Of a stretch of DNA of 64,000 bases, positions 7,322 to 21,666 are shown piece after piece (the first letter of the stretch is position 1; the number at the start of each line of letters is the position of its first letter). Made by a program: the position numbers and the translations under genes. The DNA is from Tagaea sp. GTDB lineage: Bacteria; Pseudomonadota; Alphaproteobacteria; CACIAM-22H2. Where the stretch lies: contig JBGAKN010000001.1 in assembly GCA_044224405.1 (NCBI GenBank), positions 416,973 to 480,972 of the forward strand. The letters are read 5' to 3'. Below the pieces are notes generated by a model. That model saw nothing but the letters and a program-made list of their open reading frames with translations, was not told where the DNA came from and did not search any database.

Positions 7322-9298
7322 CTAGCTCGCCCGCCGCAGTTCGGGTTTTGCCGATGCGGGCACGCGCGCCGCCTCGCGGATGGCGAGATCGGCCTCGATC
7401 TTGCCCTTGCGGCCGTCCTCGAAGGTGACGACCGTGGAGATGTGCGCGCGCTCGGCGCCCGAATAGAGTGCCTCGACGAGCGGGCCGTAGCGGTCGGCGA
7501 TGAAGCCGCGGCGCACCTTGCGCGTGCGCGTGAGCTCGCCGTCGTCGGCGTCGAGTTCCTTGTGGAGCACGAGGAAGCGGCGGATCTGCGAGCCGGCAAG
7601 TGCGGGATCGTCGGCGAGGTCGCGGTTCACCTTCTCGACGCATTCCTGCACGAGGGCGAGGATCTCGGGCTTGGCGGCAAGTTCCTGATAGGAGGCGTAC
7701 GCGATGCCGCGCCGCTCGGCCCAATTGCCGGCCGCCTCGAGGTCGATATTGACGAAGCAGGCGACGTGCTCCTGCCCGTGGCCGAAGGCGACGGCTTCCT
7801 TGATGAAGCTGAAGAACTTGAGCTTGTTCTCGACATATTTGGGCGCGAACAGCGTGCCGTCGCGCAATTTGCCGACGTCCTTCGCGCGGTCGATGATCTT
7901 GAGCTGGCCCGACTTGTCGAAATAGCCGGCATCGCCCGTGCGGTAATAGCCGTCGGGCGTCTTGGCCGAGGCGGTCGCCGCGTCGTTCTTGTAGTAGCTC
8001 TGGAAGATGCCGGGCGAGCGCACGAGCACCTCGCCACTCTCCTCGATTCGGATCTCGACTTCCGGCGCCGGCACGCCGACCGTGTCGGAGCGGATCTCGC
8101 CGTCCTTCTGCATGCAGATGAAGACGGAGGTTTCGGTGGCGCCGTAGAGCTGCTTCAGGTTCAGCCCGAGCGAGCGGTAGAAATCGAAGATGTCGGGACC
8201 GATCGCCTCGCCGGCAGTGTAGCCGATGCGCATCTTGGCGAAACCCAGCGCGTTCTTGAGCGGCCCATACACCAGCCGTTCGCCCAGCGCGTAGAGGAAA
8301 CGGTCGGCGAGCGAGACGGGTTCCTTGTCCATCAGCGCGATGCCGGTGCGCCGCGCGATATCCATGAAATAGCGGAACATGGCGCGCTTGATCGTGCCGG
8401 CATCCTCCATGCGGATGGCGACCTGCGTCAGGATGTTCTCGAAGATGCGCGGGGGCGCGAAGAAGAAGCTCGGCCCGATCTCCTTCAGGTCCGTCATCAC
8501 CGTGGCGCCCGATTCCGGGCAGCTCACGCAGAAGCCGGCGACGTAGGCTTCGGCGTACGAGAAGATGTGATCGCCCACCCACGCCATCGGCAGATAGGCG
8601 AGGATCTCGTCGTCCTCGCGCAGGCCGTCGAAGGCGATGGCGTTCTCCGCCGTTCGGATGACGTTGTCGTAGGTGAGCAGCACGCCCTTGGGCTGGCCGG
8701 TCGTGCCCGACGTGTAGAGCATGACGGAGGCATCCGCGCCCTTGCCCCTGGCGATCTCGGCATCGAGGAAAGCGGGATTGGCGGCCGCGTGCGCGTCGCC
8801 CGCCTGCATCAGCGCGTCGATGGCGAGCAGGCCTTCGTCGGCATAGGTGCGCATGCCGCGCGTGTCGTCATAGGCGATGATCTTCGGCAGGCCGGTGCGC
8901 GCGCGGATGCCCAGCAGCTTGTCGACCTGCTCCTGGTCCTCGGCGATGGCCACGCGCGCCTCGGCGTGGTCGATCACGTAGGCCATCTCGTCGGCGACCG
9001 CGTCCTGATAGACCGGCACGGGGACGGCACCCAGGCACTGCGCGGCGCAGATCGACCAGTAGAGGCGCGGGCGGTTGTCGCCCACCAGCACCAGCTTGTC
9101 GCCGCGCTTCACGCCAAGGCTGGCAAGGCCGCTCGCGATGCGCCGGATTTCCGCCGCACTCTGGGCCCATGACCAGCTCTGCCAGATGCCCAGTTCCTTC
9201 TCGCGCATCGCCGGCCGGTCGCCCCGCACGCGCGCGTTGTGCCCCAGCAGCTTGGGGAACGTGTCGAGCGACGGATTGCGGGCGGGAAGCTGGGTCAT
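7322..9298 (-). CDS. AMP-dependent synthetase/ligase (acyl- or aryl-CoA ligase) heading the ABC uptake operon
   Basis: AMP-binding motifs YTSGTTGQPKGV and GYTAGE..; start chosen at MTQLP ATG (9296-9298); an upstream ATG at 9335-9337 is an alternative. Confidence 0.8.
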   Translation of the reverse strand: MTQLPARNPSLDTFPKLLGHNARVRGDRPAMREKELGIWQSWSWAQSAAEIRRIASGLASLGVKRGDKLVLVGDNRPRLYWSICAAQCLGAVPVPVYQDAVADEMAYVIDHAEARVAIAEDQEQVDKLLGIRARTGLPKIIAYDDTRGMRTYADEGLLAIDALMQAGDAHAAANPAFLDAEIARGKGADASVMLYTSGTTGQPKGVLLTYDNVIRTAENAIAFDGLREDDEILAYLPMAWVGDHIFSYAEAYVAGFCVSCPESGATVMTDLKEIGPSFFFAPPRIFENILTQVAIRMEDAGTIKRAMFRYFMDIARRTGIALMDKEPVSLADRFLYALGERLVYGPLKNALGFAKMRIGYTAGEAIGPDIFDFYRSLGLNLKQLYGATETSVFICMQKDGEIRSDTVGVPAPEVEIRIEESGEVLVRSPGIFQSYYKNDAATASAKTPDGYYRTGDAGYFDKSGQLKIIDRAKDVGKLRDGTLFAPKYVENKLKFFSFIKEAVAFGHGQEHVACFVNIDLEAAGNWAERRGIAYASYQELAAKPEILALVQECVEKVNRDLADDPALAGSQIRRFLVLHKELDADDGELTRTRKVRRGFIADRYGPLVEALYSGAERAHISTVVTFEDGRKGKIEADLAIREAARVPASAKPELRRAS

Positions 9299-9455
9299 GG
9301 ACGAAATAACGGTGTCTCCCTGTACGATCGGACCCATACGGACGAACCAGTAAGATCCGGCACGTTCCCCTTCCGGTGGCCGCGCTGACGGTTGTAGAAC
9401 CCGTCATTCGCGGCAGGGATGCCTGCCTCGGTCCACTTAAGTCGAAAGGCCGAAC

Positions 9456-10226
9456 TTGGTCAAGCAAAGCACGCCGTTCTTCGTGGCCCTGGGCGGGCGC
9501 AAGCTGCACGCGGTCCGCATTGACGGGCCGGAGGCGCCGCCGCTCGTGTTCCTGCACGAAGGGCTCGGCTCGATTCCCCAGTGGCGCGACTTTCCCGTCG
9601 CCCTGTGCGCGGCCGCGGCGCGCCCCGGCCTCGTCTACGAACGCTTCGGCCACGGCAAGTCGTCGCCGATGGCAGGGCCGCGTACCGTGGGCTATCTGCA
9701 CGACGAGGCGACGACGCTGCTCGCCATCCTCGACGCGCTCTCGATCCCGAGGGCCGATCTCGTCGGCCATTCCGACGGCGGATCGATCGCGCTGCTGGCG
9801 GCGGCGCGGGCACCTTCGCGCATCGGGCGGCTGGCCACGATCGCGGCGCACGTGCTGGTCGAGGACGTGACGATCGCCGGCATCCGGGCGGCCCAGCTCA
9901 CCTATGCGGGCACCGACCTGCGCGAACGGCTCGCGCGCTATCATGGCGAGGGGACCGACGCGCTGTTCCGCGCGTGGGCCGACACGTGGCTGTCGGCGCC
10001 GTTCCGCGACTGGAACATCGAGAAGGAGCTGCGCCTGCTGACCTCGCCCGTGCTGGCCCTGCAGGGCGAGGGCGACGAATACGGCACGCTCGACCAGCTC
10101 CAGCGCATCAAGGCGGCGGTCGGTGGCCCGTGCGTGACGTGGGCGGTGCCCAAGACCGCGCACCATCCCCACCTGCAGGCGCGCGCCGAAGTGCTCGACC
10201 GGCTGGCGGCGTTCTTCCGGGTCTAG
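9456..10226 (+). CDS. Alpha/beta-fold hydrolase
   Basis: GHSDGG nucleophile elbow, C-terminal conserved His, about 256 aa; TTG start with GAAAGG RBS. Confidence 0.75.
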   Translation: MVKQSTPFFVALGGRKLHAVRIDGPEAPPLVFLHEGLGSIPQWRDFPVALCAAAARPGLVYERFGHGKSSPMAGPRTVGYLHDEATTLLAILDALSIPRADLVGHSDGGSIALLAAARAPSRIGRLATIAAHVLVEDVTIAGIRAAQLTYAGTDLRERLARYHGEGTDALFRAWADTWLSAPFRDWNIEKELRLLTSPVLALQGEGDEYGTLDQLQRIKAAVGGPCVTWAVPKTAHHPHLQARAEVLDRLAAFFRV

Positions 10227-10251
10227 GCGGGGCGGGTCCAGGCGCCCGGGG

Positions 10252-12816
<2,565 letters not shown>

Positions 12817-13026
12817 ATCCTTTCGGCAGGCAAACGCCCCCGATTTGGGCCCCAATATGCTCCGGCGACGGTTAACAAGTGTTTGACGCGCAACCGCTTC
12901 CGCCGGGGGCGCAGGGCCCGGCCGCCGGGCGCGCCTTCCCCCGGCAGCACTTCAATGAAAAGGGCGGGCGTGCTATCCAGTGGGCCGCCTTTTCTTTTGC
13001 ATCAGGGATATAGGGGAGATCTGCCC

Positions 13027-15717
<2,691 letters not shown>

Positions 15718-15739
15718 GGGGCCGGGTTCCGGCAGGAAA

Positions 15740-15782
15740 AGCCCCGTCCGCCCCCGAAAGGGCGGGCGGGGTTTCCTTTTTC
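15740..15782 (+). terminator. Rho-independent terminator after acnA
   Basis: CCCCGTCCGCCC-CCGAAA-GGGCGGGCGGGG hairpin followed by TTTCCTTTTT. Confidence 0.6.
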
Positions 15783-15796
15783 CGAGAGAGGTCGCG

Positions 15797-16183
15797 ATGG
15801 CAATCGAAATCGTTCCGCCCTATGCGGCGGTGCTGGGGCTCTTTTTCATCGCGCTCACGCTGCGGGCCGTGATGGCACGCGGCGCCGCACGCCGGCTGAT
15901 CGGGCCCATCGAGGACGAAAGGCTCAATCGCCGCCTGCGCGTGCACGGGAATTTCGCCGAATACGCGCCGATGGCGATCGTGCTGCTCGCCTTCGCCGAA
16001 CTGCGCGGCACGCCGCCCGCGATCCTGCATGCCGCGTGCGCGGCGCTGGTCGCCGGACGGCTCCTGCATGCGTGGGGCGTTTCGCGCGTGCCCGAGACGC
16101 TGCGCTGGCGCAAGGCGGGCATGCTGCTGTCGCTCGGCGCGATCGTGACCGCGTCGATCCGGATCCTCGCGAGCTATCTCTAG
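15797..16183 (+). CDS. MAPEG-family membrane protein (YecN-like)
   Basis: 128 aa, three to four TM helices, MAPEG family; RBS GAGAGAGG. Confidence 0.7.
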   Translation: MAIEIVPPYAAVLGLFFIALTLRAVMARGAARRLIGPIEDERLNRRLRVHGNFAEYAPMAIVLLAFAELRGTPPAILHAACAALVAGRLLHAWGVSRVPETLRWRKAGMLLSLGAIVTASIRILASYL

Positions 16184-17013
16184 CCCGCGGCGTCCGCCCG
16201 CAGGTTCTCGAGGAACTTGCCCAGCGCCGCGATCTGCTTGCTGCGCGTCTCGACCTGCCAGGACTGATCGAATTTCTTCGCGTACTCGGCCGCATCGAGC
16301 GCCTTGCGGACGAGCGCCGCATAGTCCGCATCGGGCCCGATATAGGCGCTGTTCCCGCCCGGCTGCCCGTCCGCGGCGACCGTGATCGGCATGAAGCTGG
16401 TCTCCAGAAGCATCCTGTCGCGCTCGCTCATGCCGGCGGTCGTTTCGGCCCAGGCCTTCTTGACGCCGTCGGGCGCGTTGGACGGCGGGAACTTCCAGAG
16501 CTTTGCCGCACCCACCATCTCGAAGCCGTCATGGTCGATGTCGCGTATCTTGTCCGGGGAAACCAGCAGGTTCCCCGCGCCTTCGACGCTGAGGCCCGAA
16601 GGATCGATCGGCGTGCCGAGGCCGTGGATATCCTGCAGCACCTTCAGTTCCGCCGGCGAGAGCGATTTCAGGAACGCCTTGGGGTCGGCGTCGGCGTTCT
16701 GGTCCGCGGCGCGCTGGAGCAGCTTCTGGAAATCGGCGGAAGCGTCGAGCACCTGCTGGCGGCGATCCTGCGAGATGCTGGATCTGGCGAGATATCCGGC
16801 CGACCAGTCCTCGAAGTCGGCGACCGCGGAGATCACGGCACTTTGCGTCGCGCTCGAAAGCAGTGCTGACGATGTCCGTGCGGCGCCGCTGATATCGGAA
16901 GGCGCGCTCGTCGTCGTCGGCGTCGTTTCGCCGGATGCGGATGCCGGCGTGGTTCTGCGGAGGGGCTGAAAATTCGCGGATATGCCGGTGATCATTGTCG
17001 AGATCGATGTCAT
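16180..17013 (-). CDS. Hypothetical protein with Ser/Thr-rich N-terminal region
   Basis: Long ORF with coding-like composition; ATG at 17011-17013 selected from several possible starts; no recognisable domain. Confidence 0.45.
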   Translation of the reverse strand: MTSISTMITGISANFQPLRRTTPASASGETTPTTTSAPSDISGAARTSSALLSSATQSAVISAVADFEDWSAGYLARSSISQDRRQQVLDASADFQKLLQRAADQNADADPKAFLKSLSPAELKVLQDIHGLGTPIDPSGLSVEGAGNLLVSPDKIRDIDHDGFEMVGAAKLWKFPPSNAPDGVKKAWAETTAGMSERDRMLLETSFMPITVAADGQPGGNSAYIGPDADYAALVRKALDAAEYAKKFDQSWQVETRSKQIAALGKFLENLRADAAG

Positions 17014-17220
17014 GCCGAATTTCCCAATCTGTGTTCGCGACTTCTTGGCGAAGTGGCGAGCAACCGGCATGCCAGAATACCGCGACCGGCGACGCTCCAT
17101 GTCGCCGCTGAAAACGGGCACTCCGTTGGTTGACGGCAATTAACCTTGTCGGTGCCGCCCGGCAGAATCTTCCGCGTTCGGAATTTTGTGCCGACGTTTT
17201 CCGCCGCGAGAAGTTTCCGC

Positions 17221-17481
17221 CTACAGCGTCAGCCCGTCGTCCTGCTTGCGCGGAACCTGGCCCGTGCTCTTGGGCGGGTTGAGGCGGCGGATCGTGATGT
17301 TGCCGTCGGCGTCGATCTCGGGTGCGGCATATTGCGGCAGGTTGGCGATCATGCCCTGCAGGGCCTCGATCATCTTGCCGATCGCCTCGCGGGCAAGCGC
17401 GTCGGGGGCGGGGCCTTGCGTCTGGGCCGCGGCGGGCGTGGCGAGAAGCAGGGCGGCAAGCGCCAAGATCTTGAATCGCAT
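17221..17481 (-). CDS. Small secreted hypothetical protein (86 aa) with signal peptide
   Basis: MRFKILALAALLLATPAAAQ signal peptide; strong RBS GGAGG 5 nt upstream of ATG. Confidence 0.55.
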   Translation of the reverse strand: MRFKILALAALLLATPAAAQTQGPAPDALAREAIGKMIEALQGMIANLPQYAAPEIDADGNITIRRLNPPKSTGQVPRKQDDGLTL

Positions 17482-17538
17482 GGAAACCTCCATTGTCTGG
17501 CGCGACAACGGCGGGGCCAGCACGCTTAGTCCGTCGCG

Positions 17539-18822
17539 TTACGTGACGCGGGCGCGGGTCTGGTATTTCGGGTCCTCGTAGGCGCGCGTCTCGATCACGT
17601 CCACGAGGCTGGCGGCCGCGTCCCACACGTCGACATGGCGCACATAGAGGGGCGCGAAGCCGAAGCGCAGGATGTCGGGCGCGCGGAAGTCGCCCACCAC
17701 GCGCCGTTCGATCAGCGCCTGCATGATCGCGTAGCCGTGCCGGTGGCGATAGCACATCTGGCTGCCGCGGGACGCGAAGTCGCGCGGGCTGGCGCGCGTC
17801 AGTTCCAGCTTTTCGGCGAGCGAGTCGACGAGGATGCGGAAGATCTCGCCCAGCGCCTCGGACTTGGCGCGGATCGCCGCCATGTCCCAAAGTGCAAGCA
17901 GGTCCACGCCGCATTCGAGCGCGGCCAGCGCCAGGATCGACGGCGTCGAGACGATGGCGCGCGCGATCCCGTCGGCCGGGCGGTAGCCGGTCTCGAACGC
18001 GAAGGGCGCGGCATGGCCGAGCCAGCCCTGCAAGGCGGGCACGAAGCTCTTCTGCAGGCGTTCGGCGACATAGAGGAACGCCGGCGCGCCCGGCCCGCCA
18101 TTGAGATACTTGTAGCCGCAGCCCACCGCATAGTCGGCCTCGCAGCCGGCGAGATCGACGGGAAGTGCGCCCGCGGAATGCGCCAGATCCCAGATCACGA
18201 GCGCGCCCTTCTCGTGCGCGGCCTTCGTCACGGCCGCCATGTCGTGCAATGCGCCGGTGCGGTAGTCGACTTGGGTGAGCATCACGGCGGCCGTGTCGTC
18301 GTCGATCGCCGCCGCGATGCCTTCGGGCCGGTCGACGAGATGCAGCCGGTGGCCTTTCCCCAGCGTGCGGAACAGGCCTTCCGCGACATAGAGGTCGGCC
18401 GGGAAATTGGCGCGCTCGGAGATCACCGTGCGCCGCGCCGGCCGCTCGGCAAGGGCCGCGGCCAGCACCTTGTGGAGATTGAGGCTCGTCGTGTCGCACG
18501 CAACGACCGTGCCCGGCGGTGCGCCGATCAGCCTTGCGATCTTGTCGCCGACGCGCAGCGGCATGTCGATCCAGCCATGCTTCGTCCAGCCGGCGATCAG
18601 GTCTTCGCCCCATTCGTCGCGCACCGTGGCGTGGAGCCGCGCGGCCGTGGCGCGCGGCAGCGCGCCCAGCGAGTTCCCGTCGAGATAGATCGTGTCGTGC
18701 GGCAGCGAGAACGCCCCGCGCGCGGCCGCCAGCGGATCGCGCGAATCCATCGCCTTGGCGTCGGCGCGCGTCGGGGCGGAATCGGGGAACGGCGAATGGC
18801 GGTCGAGCGAGGCCGTGTTCAT
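17539..18822 (-). CDS. kynU: Kynureninase
   Basis: PLP-dependent aminotransferase class V fold with the kynureninase signature block (..IYLDGNSLG..DLAHSAGA..CGYKYLNGGPG..). Confidence 0.9.
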   Translation of the reverse strand: MNTASLDRHSPFPDSAPTRADAKAMDSRDPLAAARGAFSLPHDTIYLDGNSLGALPRATAARLHATVRDEWGEDLIAGWTKHGWIDMPLRVGDKIARLIGAPPGTVVACDTTSLNLHKVLAAALAERPARRTVISERANFPADLYVAEGLFRTLGKGHRLHLVDRPEGIAAAIDDDTAAVMLTQVDYRTGALHDMAAVTKAAHEKGALVIWDLAHSAGALPVDLAGCEADYAVGCGYKYLNGGPGAPAFLYVAERLQKSFVPALQGWLGHAAPFAFETGYRPADGIARAIVSTPSILALAALECGVDLLALWDMAAIRAKSEALGEIFRILVDSLAEKLELTRASPRDFASRGSQMCYRHRHGYAIMQALIERRVVGDFRAPDILRFGFAPLYVRHVDVWDAAASLVDVIETRAYEDPKYQTRARVT

Positions 18823-18871
18823 GCCCGCCGATCAGGCCACGCCCGATGCTTCCCGGTCAATGCGTGCCGGA

Positions 18872-20752
18872 TCAGGGTGCGCCGAACCCCGCCGCCAGCG
18901 CGTCGGCCATGCGTTTGGCGAACGCGGCGGGATCGTCGAGCTTGTCGCCTTCGACGAGACGCGCCTGGTCGTAGAGCAGCTTCGCCACGTCGCCGACGCG
19001 CGCCTGCACGGCCGCGTTCTCGCCGCTTGCCTTCACCGTGGCCGCCAGCGCCTTCACCAGCGCATGCGACGGGTTCACCTCGAGGATGCGCTTGGCGGCG
19101 GACTTGAGCTGCTTGTGCTGGCGCAGCATGCGCTCGAGATGGATGTCCATGTCGTTCTCGTCGGCGACGAGGCAGACCGCGCTCTCGGCCAGCCGTTCGC
19201 TCGCGCGCACGTCTTTCACGGTGTCGCCCAGCGACAGGCGGAACAGCGCCAGCAGCGGCGCCACGTCGGGCGCGTCGTCGGGCTTCGTCTCGTCCTTCTT
19301 CGCCTCGTCCGCGAACTTGGCAAGGTCGGCCGCACCGCGCGTGACGGACTTGAACTTCTTGCCTTCGAAATCGTCGGTCTGCGCCACCCAGAATTCGTCG
19401 ACCGGGTCGGAGAGCAGCAGCACCTCGATCCCGCGCCGTGCGAAGCCTTCCAGATGCGGGCTTGCGGCCACCGCCTTGGGATCGTCGCCGGCGATGTAGT
19501 AGATCGCGTCCTGCTCGGGCTTCATGCGCGAAACGTAATCGGCCAGCGACACCCACGCATCGCCCTGCGTGGACGTGCGCAGGCGCGCGAGGCCCAGCAC
19601 GCGCTTGCCGTGCTCGGCATCCTCGAAGATGCCTTCCTTCATCACTTCGCCGAAATTGCCCCAGAACGCGGCATAGCCTTCGGCATCGTCCTTGGCGCGC
19701 TTCTCCAGCTCGCCCAGCACGCGGCCCGTCAGGCCGTGGCGGATCTTCGCGATGACCGGGTTGTTCTGCAGCATCTCGCGGCTGACGTTCAGCGGCAGGT
19801 CTTCGGAATCCACGACGCCGCGCAGGAAGCGCAGATAGCGCGGCACGAGGCCCTCGGGCGCCTCGTTGACGAAAACGCGGCGCACATAGAGCTTCACGCC
19901 GTGCTTGCGCTCGGGCGCGAACAGGTCGAAGGGCCGGGTGCCGGGCACGTAGAGCAGCGCGGAATATTCGATTGTGCCTTCCGCGCGCCAGTGCAGGTTC
20001 GCCCAGGGCGTATCGAAGGCATGCGCGATGTGGTGGTAGAATTCGGTGTGCTGTTCGGCGGTCACCTCGCCCTTGGGCCGCATCCACAGCGCCGAGGCGC
20101 GGTTGAGCGTCTTGTCGCCCAGCGCGATCGGGATCGCGATATGGTCGGAATAGCGCCGGACGATCTCGCCGAGCCTTCCCTCGTCCACGAATTCGGCGGC
20201 ATCGTCCTTCAGATGCAGCGTGATCGCGGTGCCGCGCGCAGCACGCTCCGCCGGGGCCACCGTGTAGCTGCCCTTGCCGTCGGATTCCCAGCGCCAGGCG
20301 GCGTCGGTGCTCGCCTTGCGGCTTTCCACGCTCACGCGGTCGGCCACCATGAAGGCCGAATAGAAGCCGACGCCGAACTGCCCGATCAGCGGGTTGTCCT
20401 TGCGTTTGGCCTCTTCCATCGACTTGACGAAAGCGGCCGTGCCCGAGCGCGCGATGGTGCCGAGATTGGCGACCAACTCGTCCTTGTCCATGCCGATGCC
20501 GTTGTCGGCAATGGTGAGCGTGCGCTTGTCGCGGTCGGGCGTCAGGGTGATGCGGAATTCGGCGTCGCTGCCGATCAGGCTTGCGTCCTGCTGGCCGAGG
20601 AAGCGCAGCTTGTCGCAGGCGTCCGACGCGTTGGAGATCAGCTCGCGCAGGAAGACCTGCCGCTCGCTGTAGAGCGAATGGGCGACGATCTCGAGCAGGC
20701 GGCTGACTTCCGCCTGGAATTCGTGGGTTTCGGGTTTCGGCGTGTCGGTCAT
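18872..20752 (-). CDS. htpG: Molecular chaperone HtpG (Hsp90)
   Basis: GHKL ATPase N-domain (..LISNASDA..GQFGVGFYS..), 626 aa. Confidence 0.95.
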   Translation of the reverse strand: MTDTPKPETHEFQAEVSRLLEIVAHSLYSERQVFLRELISNASDACDKLRFLGQQDASLIGSDAEFRITLTPDRDKRTLTIADNGIGMDKDELVANLGTIARSGTAAFVKSMEEAKRKDNPLIGQFGVGFYSAFMVADRVSVESRKASTDAAWRWESDGKGSYTVAPAERAARGTAITLHLKDDAAEFVDEGRLGEIVRRYSDHIAIPIALGDKTLNRASALWMRPKGEVTAEQHTEFYHHIAHAFDTPWANLHWRAEGTIEYSALLYVPGTRPFDLFAPERKHGVKLYVRRVFVNEAPEGLVPRYLRFLRGVVDSEDLPLNVSREMLQNNPVIAKIRHGLTGRVLGELEKRAKDDAEGYAAFWGNFGEVMKEGIFEDAEHGKRVLGLARLRTSTQGDAWVSLADYVSRMKPEQDAIYYIAGDDPKAVAASPHLEGFARRGIEVLLLSDPVDEFWVAQTDDFEGKKFKSVTRGAADLAKFADEAKKDETKPDDAPDVAPLLALFRLSLGDTVKDVRASERLAESAVCLVADENDMDIHLERMLRQHKQLKSAAKRILEVNPSHALVKALAATVKASGENAAVQARVGDVAKLLYDQARLVEGDKLDDPAAFAKRMADALAAGFGAP

Positions 20753-20825
20753 GGTCGGCTCCGGTCTTTCCCGCGCTATCTAGGCGGCCGACCGCGCCCG
20801 CGCAAGTCCATCGCCGCCCGGGGCG
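20753..20825 (-). promoter_or_regulatory. Candidate sigma-32 (RpoH)-type heat-shock promoter of htpG
   Basis: Reverse strand reads gaCTTGcg-N17-gCCTAGATA, resembling alphaproteobacterial RpoH promoters. Confidence 0.3.
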
Positions 20826-21626
20826 CTACCAGGGAAAATTGAACGGTTCGCCGAAATCGCCGATGGCGGCCGTGTGCGTGACGAGGCCCGCGTCCGGCTG
20901 CCAGTAATGGAGCTGGTAGCCCGGCGGGTCCATCTTCATCGCCGACGGCCCGTCGGCGCGCAGGTCGAGATTGATCTGGTGCGCGGTCGAAGGGGCCACC
21001 GACGCGATCGTGCCGGCGAAGCGCGTCTGGATCGCGCGGTGGATGTGGCCGCACACGATGCGCTCCACGTTCGGGTACTTCTTCACGACCGCCGCCATCG
21101 CGGGCACGTTGGTCAGGCCCGAGCGGTCCATGTGCCCGATTCCGGTCTTGAAGGGCGGGTGGTGCAGGAAGATCACCGTCGGCTTGTCGCCGCCGGCCGC
21201 AAGGGTGCGGTCGAGCCAGTCCGCGCGCGCGGCGCACACTTCGCCGTGATGGTGCTTGGCCACGATGGTGTCGTAGCCGATCAGGCGCACCGGGAATTCA
21301 TCGACGGCGTAGTGGAAGAATTCAGATGCGCCCACGCGCTTGCCGCATTCGGGGAACGCGGCGGCGAGCGTGTCGCGCGCGTCGTGATTGCCCGGGACGA
21401 CCAGCAGCGGCGCCTTCAGGGCCGCGAGGATTTCCGTGAGGATGCCGTATTCCTCGGCCGAGCCGCGCTCGACGAGGTCGCCGGTGGCGAGCACCACGTC
21501 GGGCTGCGGGTCGAGGGCGTTGAGCGCCTCCACCGCGCGTTTCAGCATCGTGACGGTGTCGACGCGGCCATAGGCGGGACGGCCGCCCTTCTGGATGTGC
21601 AGGTCTGATATCTGGGCGATGAGCAT
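20826..21626 (-). CDS. Metallophosphoesterase (GpdQ/Icc-like phosphodiesterase)
   Basis: Canonical motifs QISDLH, GDLVERG, GNHD, HHPP; ATG at 21624-21626. Confidence 0.8.
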   Translation of the reverse strand: MLIAQISDLHIQKGGRPAYGRVDTVTMLKRAVEALNALDPQPDVVLATGDLVERGSAEEYGILTEILAALKAPLLVVPGNHDARDTLAAAFPECGKRVGASEFFHYAVDEFPVRLIGYDTIVAKHHHGEVCAARADWLDRTLAAGGDKPTVIFLHHPPFKTGIGHMDRSGLTNVPAMAAVVKKYPNVERIVCGHIHRAIQTRFAGTIASVAPSTAHQINLDLRADGPSAMKMDPPGYQLHYWQPDAGLVTHTAAIGDFGEPFNFPW

Positions 21627-21666
21627 GGCTTGAAATCTGCCGGAAGACGCCGGAGAGTCAAGCGTC

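Noticed and set aside
6519-8582. 687-aa ORF suggesting an ATPase fused to a large N-terminal domain
   Set aside because: The N-terminal 420 aa are an alternate-frame read over the ligase gene. The ATPase starts at its own ATG at 7317-7319, 2 nt after the ligase stop.
17121-17145. Possible CtrA box TTGA-cggcaa-TTAACC upstream of the small secreted protein gene
   Set aside because: The half-site spacing is 6, not the required 7, so it is probably fortuitous.
16529-18613. 694-aa minus ORF across the hypothetical gene and kynU
   Set aside because: Frame-shifted relative to the kynureninase frame and with low-complexity Arg-rich translation.
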